A stretch of DNA of 64,000 nucleotides. It comes from Cytophagaceae bacterium. Lineage in GTDB: Bacteria > Bacteroidota > Bacteroidia > Cytophagales > Cytophagaceae. Shown here piece by piece: positions 35,902-44,323 of this stretch. The stretch covers positions 3,423 to 67,422 of the forward strand of contig JAQZBV010000002.1 of NCBI GenBank assembly GCA_029237685.1. Reading direction: 5' to 3'. The notes under the pieces are model-generated. The model saw nothing but the letters and a program-made list of their open reading frames with translations. It was not told the origin of the DNA and searched no databases. Both the position numbers and the translations under genes were made by a program. How positions within the stretch are numbered: position 1 is the first letter of the stretch; every line of letters begins with the position of its first letter.

Positions 35902-36984
35902 ATGAACGAGTCACTGATCGCTTATTCCTCCCTTAACGATTTTTGCAAAGAATTATTTCTAAAAATCGGATGTTCTGAAAAAGATGCCCAACTGGCAACT
36001 AAAGTGCTCATCTCCGCAGATGCAAGAGGTGTAGACTCCCACGGCGTGGCGCGCTTGTCGGGCTACGTGCGGTTATGGGAAAGTAAACGCATCAATGCCA
36101 CACCGAATATACAGGTAGTGCATGAAACACCTTCTACTGCAGTAGTAGACGGAGACGGCGGTTTAGGATTGGTTGTTGCACCACAAGCCATGGAAATCGC
36201 GATACGCAAAGCGGAAGTCGCAGGTACGGGATGGGTAGCGGTACGCAATTCCAATCATTACGGCATTGCTGGTTACCATGCCATGATGGCTTTGGAAAAA
36301 GACATGATCGGTATTTCCATGACCAATGCCAGTCCATTGGTTTCTCCTACTTTTTCATTGGACCGTTTGTTGGGTACAAACCCTATAGCAGTCGCCGTTC
36401 CGGCCGATAAGCAGCCGCCTTTTGTTGCGGACTTTGCCACCACTACGGCAGCCAATGGCAAATTGGAGATTTTGCAACGGGTCGGGAAAGAAGCGCCGGA
36501 AGGTTGGATACAGGATGCAAAAGGTGGAGTCTCTACCAATCCTCATGAATTAAAAGACGGCGGGGCACTGTTGCCATTGGGCAGTGACCGCGAGCATGGC
36601 AGTCACAAAGGATATTGCTTGGGATCTGTAGTCGATATATTTTCCGCGGTGTTATCGGGCGCCAATTACGGGCCATGGGTACCGCCCTTTGTTGCTTTTT
36701 TGCCCTTGCCAGAAAATCCGGTCGGACAAGGAATTGGACATTTCTTCGGTGCGATGCGTGTGGATGCTTTTCGTCCGGCGGATGAATTTAAAGCGCATAT
36801 GGACAATTGGATTACTACTTTCAGAAATTCCAGGTCAATAGAAGGGGAGAAAGTATTAATTCCCGGCGATCCTGAGCGTTGGATGGAAGAAGAACGCATG
36901 ACCAATGGAATTCCAATACAAATTAAAGTCAAAGAAGATTTGATTCAACTGGCGGCGAAGTTTGGTTTGCAGCATCCATTTTAG
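35902..36984 (+). CDS. Ldh_2-family (type-2 malate/L-lactate dehydrogenase-like) oxidoreductase
   Basis: 360 aa with ADARGVDSHGVARL, NHYGIAGY and SHKGYCLG patterns. Confidence 0.85.
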   Translation: MNESLIAYSSLNDFCKELFLKIGCSEKDAQLATKVLISADARGVDSHGVARLSGYVRLWESKRINATPNIQVVHETPSTAVVDGDGGLGLVVAPQAMEIAIRKAEVAGTGWVAVRNSNHYGIAGYHAMMALEKDMIGISMTNASPLVSPTFSLDRLLGTNPIAVAVPADKQPPFVADFATTTAANGKLEILQRVGKEAPEGWIQDAKGGVSTNPHELKDGGALLPLGSDREHGSHKGYCLGSVVDIFSAVLSGANYGPWVPPFVAFLPLPENPVGQGIGHFFGAMRVDAFRPADEFKAHMDNWITTFRNSRSIEGEKVLIPGDPERWMEEERMTNGIPIQIKVKEDLIQLAAKFGLQHPF

Positions 36985-36997
36985 TAACTTCTTTGAT

Positions 36998-39091
36998 ATG
37001 GGTTATGGTTGTACAATCCGCTTGTTATCTCTTACGGTAGGACTTCTGCTGAGCTGCGTTTGTGTGGCTCAGGAACGTGTGGTAGTCAATGAAGATTTTT
37101 CTACCAATGACCGTTTTTGGTTTGTAGGTGACAAAGGTTACATCGCAGTGACCATGAAAAAAGGGAGCTATGCCATTGATCGCCGTGTGGTATCCGGTGA
37201 AGACATTTTTATCATCGATAATTTTATTGACCCTGCAAAGGACTTTTCTATAGAGACCACATTGCTTATGGAAGAAGCGATGCTGTCCAGTTCTGCCGGA
37301 TTGGTATGGAACTATGCTGACATGAATAACTTCGATGCTTTTGTGCTTTCAGGGGAAGGATCGTTTAAAGTAATTGCTGTGCGGTATGGGGAGATGTTTG
37401 ATGTTTCGGAAAGTTTTATCACACACGATGCCATAAAAAAAGTAGGTAAGAAAAACACGTTGAAGGTTCAGCGAAAAGGGGATTCTTGTTTATTCTTTAT
37501 AAACGAACAGCACGTATTTACCTCGCAATTTCCTGGCTTATCCTACACGGCACATGGTGTATACGTATTAAAAAAAACGAAGTGTAACTATTCTTCATTT
37601 GTTGTCCGTCAAACGCAACAAATAAATGTGTTGGAAGAATTTCAATCAAAAAAGAAATCATTAGGTCCCAACGTCAACTCTCCGATCAATGACAGTGCTC
37701 CTTTGATTTCGCCGGATGGTTCTAAATTGTTTTTTTCAAGGGAAATTCAAGGCGCACACAATTCTGATATCTGGGTTGCGACAAGGACAAAAGAAGGAGA
37801 GTGGTCCAAGGCCGTATCCATCGGTGCTCCGCTGAACAATAAAGTTTTCAATTCGGTCATCTCTTGTTCGCCCGATAATAAATCGGTGCTGCTGCTGAAT
37901 ACTTATGCTGCGGATGGAAGTTATAAGGGTTGCTGTTTTTCGATCAGTGATTTCAACGGCAGTACCTGGTCCGTACCGCGCGACGCGGTGATTGAAAATC
38001 TCAACGGTTATGGCAAATGGTTGGATGCGTCGTTATCTGTAGACAACAGCACCATGCTGCTGTCTATACAACGCCCCGGTTCATTGGGTTATAACGACCT
38101 CTACGTTTCTTTTTATAATGACTTGGGTCGTTGGCAAGAACCAATTAATTTGGGGCCGAGCATCAATACAATTTTTAACGAAGCAGCGCCTTTCCTGGCG
38201 GCAGACAATAAGACCCTGTATTTTTGTTCTACCGGTTATCCCGGTTATGGGAATCAGGATATTTTCATGTCCAGGCGCTTAGACGATAGCTGGACAAACT
38301 GGAGTACACCTGTTAATTTAGGGCCGACTGTAAACTCCGTAGGATTCGACGCTTTCTTTTCTATTGCAGCCAATGATGCGACGGCTTATCTGGTTTCAAA
38401 CGCCCAATCCATAGGCGGCACAGATCTTTTTAGCATTGACTTGCCTGAAGCGCTGACTCCACAGAAGGTTTGCCTACTCACAGGAAAAGTAGTAGACAAC
38501 AAAACAAATGAGCCATTAGAGGCGCAGATTATTTATTGTTCGCTTCGCAGTGATAAAGTAAAAGGAACTGTTTTTTCGGATACAAAGACAGGAAATTTTC
38601 AACTGATTCTTCAGGATATAGATTCGTATTACATCTCGGCGGAAAAGAAAGGATATTACGCGCAAGCAGACAGCATCGCGTTTTCAGAAGACGGCAAACA
38701 ATCATTGAAGCAGCAATTGGTGATCAGACTTGATCCGTTGGTTGTCGGAAAAGCATTACCCATACGTCAATTGTATTTTGAAAAAACAAAGGCAGTATTT
38801 TTACCGACCTCATTTCCTGCTTTAGAGAATTTGTGTCGTTTGATGAAACAAAATCCAAAAATGAAAATAGAGATTGTAGGGCACACAGACAACGTAGGTG
38901 ATCCGGCACTCAATCAGGAATTATCTGTACAGCGTGCAGAAGCTGTGGCAATGTATTTACAGCAAAGAGGAATAAATAGGGAAAGAATGGCTGTTCATGG
39001 ATACGGCGGCACGAAGCCTGTAGCGGATAATAGTAAAGAAGAGACGAGAAGATTGAATAGAAGGGTTGAGTTTACTGTGATTGAGTTTTAA
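36998..39091 (+). CDS. OmpA-family envelope protein with jelly-roll-like N-domain, TolB/PD40-like propeller repeats and CarboxypepD_reg-like domain
   Basis: Track ORF trimmed to ATG 36998 (MGYGCTIRLLSLTVGLLLSCVCVAQ). PD40-like repeats include APLISPDGSKLFFS and AAPFLAADNKTLYFCS. The C-terminal OmpA module is IEIVGHTDNVGDPALNQELSVQRAEAV...NRRVEF. Confidence 0.85.
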   Translation: MGYGCTIRLLSLTVGLLLSCVCVAQERVVVNEDFSTNDRFWFVGDKGYIAVTMKKGSYAIDRRVVSGEDIFIIDNFIDPAKDFSIETTLLMEEAMLSSSAGLVWNYADMNNFDAFVLSGEGSFKVIAVRYGEMFDVSESFITHDAIKKVGKKNTLKVQRKGDSCLFFINEQHVFTSQFPGLSYTAHGVYVLKKTKCNYSSFVVRQTQQINVLEEFQSKKKSLGPNVNSPINDSAPLISPDGSKLFFSREIQGAHNSDIWVATRTKEGEWSKAVSIGAPLNNKVFNSVISCSPDNKSVLLLNTYAADGSYKGCCFSISDFNGSTWSVPRDAVIENLNGYGKWLDASLSVDNSTMLLSIQRPGSLGYNDLYVSFYNDLGRWQEPINLGPSINTIFNEAAPFLAADNKTLYFCSTGYPGYGNQDIFMSRRLDDSWTNWSTPVNLGPTVNSVGFDAFFSIAANDATAYLVSNAQSIGGTDLFSIDLPEALTPQKVCLLTGKVVDNKTNEPLEAQIIYCSLRSDKVKGTVFSDTKTGNFQLILQDIDSYYISAEKKGYYAQADSIAFSEDGKQSLKQQLVIRLDPLVVGKALPIRQLYFEKTKAVFLPTSFPALENLCRLMKQNPKMKIEIVGHTDNVGDPALNQELSVQRAEAVAMYLQQRGINRERMAVHGYGGTKPVADNSKEETRRLNRRVEFTVIEF

Positions 39092-39126
39092 AGAAACGCT
39101 CTTGCCCCAGTACAGTGTGGAGTTTG

Positions 39127-39332
39127 AGTATGGAGTATGGAGAATGATCTTCTATACTCGCGCTCCATACTTAGACTGGGGTGTCAGGTCTTTCGACCTG
39201 ACACGGATGGAGTTAACGCTGCCTGCCTGCTATTGTCCAACAGTGTCAGGTTTGAAAACCTGACACCCAAAAAATTAAAAAAGTTACACGACTGTAATTG
39301 CTGGGAAGTCCCCTTCGGAGGATTTAGGGGCA
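39127..39332. repeat. Cluster of word hairpins: GTATGGAG/CTCCATAC, GTGTCAGGTC (39181-39204), GTGTCAGGTTT (39243-39266), ccccttcggaggatttagggg (39311-39331)
   Basis: Read directly. The 24-mer gtgtcaggtctttcgacctgacac is identical to 46329-46352. Confidence 0.85.
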
Positions 39333-39356
39333 AGACAGCTCGTTAAAGAAAGTATA

Positions 39357-40436
39357 ATGGCAAAAAGACTCCCTGGAAAATCCACCAAACCACCCGTTAG
39401 AAAGTCTAAGAAAAGAGGACTGCACTACCGTTGGTGGATTATCGGCGCGTTGTTTTTCGTGACGCTATTTGGTGCGGTCTTTTGGGCATTTTCGGGCATT
39501 ACTCATTTCCGCTCCTCCAAAGTGTATTATTACAATCCTTTTCCTGCTACCGCTGAAGCCTTTGCGGATAGCCTGAAGTCAAAGGGGTATATCCGCTCTG
39601 CCCTGCCTTTGCAATGGGGTTTTAAATACCAGGACATTGCCGAACTGAAACCGGGATTGTATGTCATTGAACATGGAAGAAGCGGATTTGGTCTGGCAGC
39701 CTCCATTCAGCGAAAAGGCGTGAAAGATTATGTGGAGGTCGAAATTGACATTTTTAGAAACAGAAATAATGTATTGCTGAGCTTAGAAAAACAAACCGGT
39801 GTATCGTATCGAAAATTGAGAGATCTCATGCGTGACAAAGAGTTTTTGGATAGTCTGGGCGAGTACAACAGAGAAAATGCATGGGCGATGTTTGTACCGG
39901 GGATGTATCGTTTTCCAAGAAATTTTACCGAAAGGGAATTACTGGAGAATATTTACGATGCGCATCTGTTTTATTGGAACGATGAAAAAAGGAGAATGGC
40001 CAAGGAAGCCGGTTTAACGCCGGATGAAGTAATGATACTGGCTTCTATTGTATATGCGGAAACAAAAGATGTGAGTGAAATGCCGCTGATTTCAGGCGTT
40101 TACATTAACCGGTTGAGAAAGAAAATGCGCTTGCAGGCAGATCCGACGGTATTGTATGCGGCGAACGCTCTGCAGGCTAATCGAGTGAGAGAAAAACATT
40201 TGAAGGTGCGGTCAAGATACAATACCTATATCTACAAAGGCTTACCTCCTGGACCTATCGGTATCCCTTCTCAAGAAGCGATGCACGCGGTTTTGCATTA
40301 TAACGATCACAACTACATTTATTTTTGCGCCAAAGATGATTTCTCCGGATGCCACAATTTTGCAGAAGATTTTGAGGGACATAAATCCAATGCGGACAAA
40401 TTGAGGAAAGCGTTGGACAAGCGGAAAGTGAGATGA
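39357..40436 (+). CDS. mltG: Endolytic murein transglycosylase MltG (YceG-like)
   Basis: 359 aa with an N-terminal TM segment and motifs ASIVYAETK, LQADPTVLY and YNTYIYKGLPPGPIG. Confidence 0.9.
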   Translation: MAKRLPGKSTKPPVRKSKKRGLHYRWWIIGALFFVTLFGAVFWAFSGITHFRSSKVYYYNPFPATAEAFADSLKSKGYIRSALPLQWGFKYQDIAELKPGLYVIEHGRSGFGLAASIQRKGVKDYVEVEIDIFRNRNNVLLSLEKQTGVSYRKLRDLMRDKEFLDSLGEYNRENAWAMFVPGMYRFPRNFTERELLENIYDAHLFYWNDEKRRMAKEAGLTPDEVMILASIVYAETKDVSEMPLISGVYINRLRKKMRLQADPTVLYAANALQANRVREKHLKVRSRYNTYIYKGLPPGPIGIPSQEAMHAVLHYNDHNYIYFCAKDDFSGCHNFAEDFEGHKSNADKLRKALDKRKVR

Positions 40437-40441
40437 GAAAT

Positions 40442-40496
40442 GAGCTAGGAGCCAGGAGGTACGAGCTAGGATTTCGTACCTCCTGGCTCCTAGCTC
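40442..40496. repeat. Perfect 23-bp-stem hairpin of GCTAGGAG words 3' of mltG; terminator-like
   Basis: gagctaggagccaggaggtacga (40442-40464) pairs with tcgtacctcctggctcctagctc (40474-40496). The left arm differs from 33911-33933 at only 2 positions. Confidence 0.95.
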
Positions 40497-40561
40497 CTAG
40501 CTTACATTTTAGCAGTTCGCCCTTGCATTTTATCTCTGTAAAATCGTTATCTTGTCAGTCT

Positions 40562-41218
40562 ATGAACCGCTTGTCTATTCTCCTTCTTCTTTTTATCGGA
40601 ATAAGTGTCATCACGAACGGCACGCCTGTTTTTGCTGATAACAAAGATTCATTAGTTGCAGCTTTGAATGTCAAAGCCATTGCTTTGTGTCAGAGTAAGC
40701 AGTACGCGGAATCAGAAAAAACATTCAAGCAATTGTTTAGAATCAAGGGAGCTGTACTTCCTGATGAAAGTGCCTATTACTATGGTGTTGCTTCTTTTTA
40801 TTTAAGGAAATACACACAAGCCAGAACAGCTTTGTCTCGTTTCGAAACCTTAAAGCTAGCTCCGGATTCTTTGAAAAAGGAAGCGGTAGAGTTTCGATAC
40901 GATATGGACTGTTATGAAAAAGGCTACTTCGAATATCCGGAGACCTGTATGCATTGCGACGGGGAAGGACATTTGGATGAACCTTGCGCTACATGTAAAG
41001 GAAACGGAAGGCAATATTGTCCGGTTTGCTCCGGTACAGGAGTTGCCGTGTCGAAAGGAGGCTTAGGAGGAGATAGTTATTCAACCTGCAATCGCTGCGC
41101 GGGGAAAGGCGTCATCGATTGTTTGACTTGTAAAGGCAAGGGACATTTAAACCAGGCTTGTTCTGTCTGCAAAGGGAAAGGGACTGTATTAATGAGGGGG
41201 ATTTGTAAAGATGAGTAA
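40562..41218 (+). CDS. Exported protein with TPR-like N-domain and six DnaJ-type CxxCxGxG zinc-finger motifs
   Basis: Track ORF 40433-41218 trimmed to ATG 40562 (MNRLSILLLLFIGISVITNGTPVFA signal). The motifs are CMHCDGEG, CATCKGNG, CPVCSGTG, CNRCAGKG, CLTCKGKG and CSVCKGKG. Confidence 0.75.
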   Translation: MNRLSILLLLFIGISVITNGTPVFADNKDSLVAALNVKAIALCQSKQYAESEKTFKQLFRIKGAVLPDESAYYYGVASFYLRKYTQARTALSRFETLKLAPDSLKKEAVEFRYDMDCYEKGYFEYPETCMHCDGEGHLDEPCATCKGNGRQYCPVCSGTGVAVSKGGLGGDSYSTCNRCAGKGVIDCLTCKGKGHLNQACSVCKGKGTVLMRGICKDE

Positions 41219-42428
41219 TCAACTGGAAGCAGCACCTGCGCATGCTGATGAAAAATGGATTGTCTTTTTATTAGCGATCATTAACTTCACACATATCGTT
41301 GATTTTGTAGTGATGGCACCGCTGAATCCTTTTTTGAAAGAGGCACTTTCAATCAACTCTTCAGAATTTGGCCTCTTGGTTTCTTCTTATACATTCAGTG
41401 CTGCAATAGCGGGTTTAATTGCCTTCTTTAAATTTGATGCGTACGACAGGCGCAGCGCCTTGCTGTTTTTGTATGCCGGTTTTATTTTAGGTAATTTATT
41501 ATGTGCAGTAGCTCCAGGCTATAAGTTTTTTCTGATGTCAAGAGTATTGGCAGGAGCATTTGGAGGTGTTTTGGGCGTATTGGTGTTTTCCGTCATTGGA
41601 GATATTATTCCTCCTGCGAGAAGAGGAAAAACGACGGGCATTGTCATGGCAGCCTTCTCGGCGGCATCTGTATTAGGTATCCCTATCGGTTTGATATTGG
41701 CGAAGTCTTTCGATTTCCATGCACCTTTTACGTTCCTGACGGTATTGAGTTTGATTGTCTATGTGTTGATCTGGATTAAATTTCCTTCACTTACCGCACA
41801 TAAAACGCATGCTTCCAAAGAAAATGATCGCAAACAATTGTTGCACTCTTTTGCTACGAATGCGAATGTGAGGTATGCGTTGTTGCTTACGTTTTGTTTG
41901 ATGGTAGCAGGGTTTACAGTAGTGCCTTTTATCAGTGATTACCTGGTGTTTAATGTAGGGCTGAATAAGGAGGATTTGCTTTATACCTATTTCTTTGGCG
42001 GATTGGCAACGGCAGTATCCGGACCATTGGTAGGTAAACTAGCCGATGTGTATGGAAAGCAAAAAGTATTTGTCACAGCCGCTTTAATTTCAATAGTACC
42101 TATTTATTTGATTACCGTGTTGCCGCCATTGAGTTTATGGTTTGTGGTTCCATGTACCACCGTATTCTTTATTTGTTTTGGTTCCCGTTTTGTACCGGCC
42201 ATGACATTGGTAACTTCTGCCGTGAACCCAAGAGAAAGAGGAAGTTTCATGAGCATTAACTCTACGGTTCAGCAGTTTGCTTCTTCTGTAGCCGTGATGT
42301 CGTCGGGTTTAATTATCTTCAATGCACCGGACGGCAGAATGGAATATTTCTGGGTGTGTGGTGCAATTGCCGTTTGCTTTACATTTTTGAGTATAGCCAT
42401 TTCCTATAAAGTAAAAGAAGTGTCGTGA
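41211..42428 (+). CDS. MFS transporter
   Basis: 405 aa with ~12 TM segments. It overlaps the upstream gene by 8 nt and menA by 4 nt (GTGA). Confidence 0.85.
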   Translation: MSNQLEAAPAHADEKWIVFLLAIINFTHIVDFVVMAPLNPFLKEALSINSSEFGLLVSSYTFSAAIAGLIAFFKFDAYDRRSALLFLYAGFILGNLLCAVAPGYKFFLMSRVLAGAFGGVLGVLVFSVIGDIIPPARRGKTTGIVMAAFSAASVLGIPIGLILAKSFDFHAPFTFLTVLSLIVYVLIWIKFPSLTAHKTHASKENDRKQLLHSFATNANVRYALLLTFCLMVAGFTVVPFISDYLVFNVGLNKEDLLYTYFFGGLATAVSGPLVGKLADVYGKQKVFVTAALISIVPIYLITVLPPLSLWFVVPCTTVFFICFGSRFVPAMTLVTSAVNPRERGSFMSINSTVQQFASSVAVMSSGLIIFNAPDGRMEYFWVCGAIAVCFTFLSIAISYKVKEVS

Positions 42429-43324
42429 AAATTAAACTTTGGCTTCAAGCCTTCCGCTTAAGAACATTGCCTTTGGCTCTTACCAGTATTGGTATGGGAG
42501 CCACGCTGGCCTGGTATGAGACCTTGTTCTCATGGCCCATACTCATGGGTGCTGCGTTGACTACATTATTTCTTCAAATCCTGTCCAATCTGGCGAACGA
42601 CTACGGTGATTTCCATAACGGTGCAGATAATGATCAGCGTGTAGGACCTCAGCGTGCCATGCAGTCCGGAAGCATTACAGAGAAAGAGATGAAGACAGCG
42701 ATCGTTATTTTTATTCTCCTTTCTTTGATCAGTGGATGCGGTTTGTTGTATGTGGTATTTAAGGAACAATCTTTTTCATGGCTGCCTGTAGGATTCTTTT
42801 TATTAGGAATTGCTTCTATTGCCGCCGCAGTAAAATATACGGCGGGCAAAAATCCCTACGGTTACAAAGGGTTGGGTGATGTATTTGTGTTTTTGTTTTT
42901 TGGTTGGGTAGGGGTATGCGGTACTTATTTCCTTATGACCAGGCAGTGGGATTGGACTGTATTGTTGCCGGCAACAACAATTGGTTTGTTTGCTGCAGCG
43001 GTATTAAATGTCAATAACATTCGAGACATCGAGGCTGATCGAAGTGCAGGGAAGAAAACATTGGCCATGCGACTGGGACCGATCTATGCACGTTGGTATC
43101 ATGTCTTACTGATCATGACCGGAATTACATGCACTGCATTATTCGCCGGTATCGAAAGCATAGAGTACAGCTGGTTACTGTGTTTTGCTTTTCTGCCGGT
43201 GTTGTGGAATGCATTCAAAGTATACAGCACAAAAGAGTCGGAGCGTGTTGATCCGTTTCTCAAGCAGATGGTGTTTTCATCCTTAACCTTTTTGCTGATA
43301 TTTATTTTGGTAGTAAGCCTTTAA
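42425..43324 (+). CDS. menA: 1,4-dihydroxy-2-naphthoate polyprenyltransferase (UbiA family)
   Basis: 299 aa with a GTG start. Motifs are NLANDYGDFHNGADN and NNIRDIEADRSAGKKT. Confidence 0.88.
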   Translation: MKIKLWLQAFRLRTLPLALTSIGMGATLAWYETLFSWPILMGAALTTLFLQILSNLANDYGDFHNGADNDQRVGPQRAMQSGSITEKEMKTAIVIFILLSLISGCGLLYVVFKEQSFSWLPVGFFLLGIASIAAAVKYTAGKNPYGYKGLGDVFVFLFFGWVGVCGTYFLMTRQWDWTVLLPATTIGLFAAAVLNVNNIRDIEADRSAGKKTLAMRLGPIYARWYHVLLIMTGITCTALFAGIESIEYSWLLCFAFLPVLWNAFKVYSTKESERVDPFLKQMVFSSLTFLLIFILVVSL

Positions 43325-43326
43325 TA

Positions 43327-43398
43327 GAGAACCGAGAACTGAAAACTGAGAACTGATATTTGTTTCAGTTTTCAGTTTTCGGTTCTCAGTTTTCAGTT
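43327..43398. repeat. GAGAACTGAAAAC-word hairpin 3' of menA; terminator-like
   Basis: gagaaccgagaactgaaaactga pairs with tcagttttcagttttcggttctc (1 mismatch). Confidence 0.8.
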
Positions 43399-43411
43399 AT
43401 CCTCTTTGGTT

Positions 43412-44098
43412 ATGAAAACAAAAACAATCTTCTTTAACGCCTTATCCAATGAAGATGAACTTCATTTGATCAAACGATTTCGTGAAGAAGGATGGGAATG
43501 TTACGCCGGTGCGACAAAAGATATTGCTTTAAAGGTCATGTCTGTATTGGGTAGAGACAAAGTATCTATATTCCCATCTAGTCAAGACACCCCCATTGTG
43601 GCTGACAAAGGAGTATTGTTTGATGCCTTGATTCATTTGTCTCCTGATACCACGTTGCGCAAGGGAAGTTCTATCTCCATGCAGGAATGGTCTCAAATTG
43701 TAGATGCGTATGTGCTTTCTTACCAGCAGTTCATTGCTTCTTTTTTACCTTTACTTAAGCCTAAAAATTCTTCCATCGCATTAGTCGGTCCTTACTTATT
43801 GCCGGAAGATTCTTTAACAGACGATCAGTTCGAAGTCATTGTACAAGGCCTGGACGGTATTGTCAGATTGTGGGCGCGTCAATTAGGCCCGCAAGGTACG
43901 CGCATCAATACGTTGTTTCCCGGTTACATGAGTTTTCATTTGTCACCACAACTCCAACCGAATTTTATCAATAAAATTCCCATGCGCAGATTAGGGACAT
44001 TTGAAGACTTGTACAACAGTTTGAGTTTTATATGCGGAGATAAGTCAAGCTATTTGACGGGCAATGCGATTAAATTGAACGGTGGATTTACGAGCTAA
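43412..44098 (+). CDS. SDR-fold protein lacking the cofactor-binding Gly motif and the catalytic Tyr/Lys (probable pseudoenzyme)
   Basis: 228 aa from ATG 43412. The C-terminus YLTGNAIKLNGGFTS and RINTLFPGYM are SDR-like. TGxxxGxG is replaced by FNALSNEDE, and the YxxxK position reads FEVIVQG. Confidence 0.65.
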   Translation: MKTKTIFFNALSNEDELHLIKRFREEGWECYAGATKDIALKVMSVLGRDKVSIFPSSQDTPIVADKGVLFDALIHLSPDTTLRKGSSISMQEWSQIVDAYVLSYQQFIASFLPLLKPKNSSIALVGPYLLPEDSLTDDQFEVIVQGLDGIVRLWARQLGPQGTRINTLFPGYMSFHLSPQLQPNFINKIPMRRLGTFEDLYNSLSFICGDKSSYLTGNAIKLNGGFTS

Positions 44099-44107
44099 TA
44101 AAAAGGT

Positions 44108-44256
44108 GCGTGGAGAATATTTCTTCTTCTACTCCATACCGTCTAACCCCTAAATCATCAGTTTAGAGCAAGAGTATGGAGCAACAGAACTAAGCTCTTG
44201 CTGTTGCTATTTACTCCATACTGTTATTCCCCTTCAGGGGATTTAGGGGTTAGACA
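44108..44256. repeat. Complex structured intergenic element closed by a perfect 16-bp stem (44141-44156 / 44240-44255)
   Basis: gtctaacccctaaatc pairs with gatttaggggttagac. Inner pairs are agcaagag/ctcttgct and tatggag/ctccata. It shares the ccccttc-ggg-gatttagggg module with 39311-39331. Confidence 0.75.
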
Positions 44257-44289
44257 GACAGAATAAAAAATATCGTTTTTGTTTATTTC

Positions 44290-44323
44290 AACTAACAACT
44301 AACAACTAACAACTAACAACTAA
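44290..44323. repeat. Orphan AACTAAC tandem heptamer array (4.9 copies) with no partner arm nearby; contains the stop codon of the WG-repeat gene
   Basis: Read directly. CTA at 44320-44322 is TAG on the minus strand. Confidence 0.85.

Noticed and set aside
39081-39346. Two overlapping small ORFs (60 and 69 aa) after the OmpA-family gene
   Set aside because: They run through a cluster of palindromic word hairpins, and the same hairpins occur in non-coding spacers elsewhere (46329-46412).
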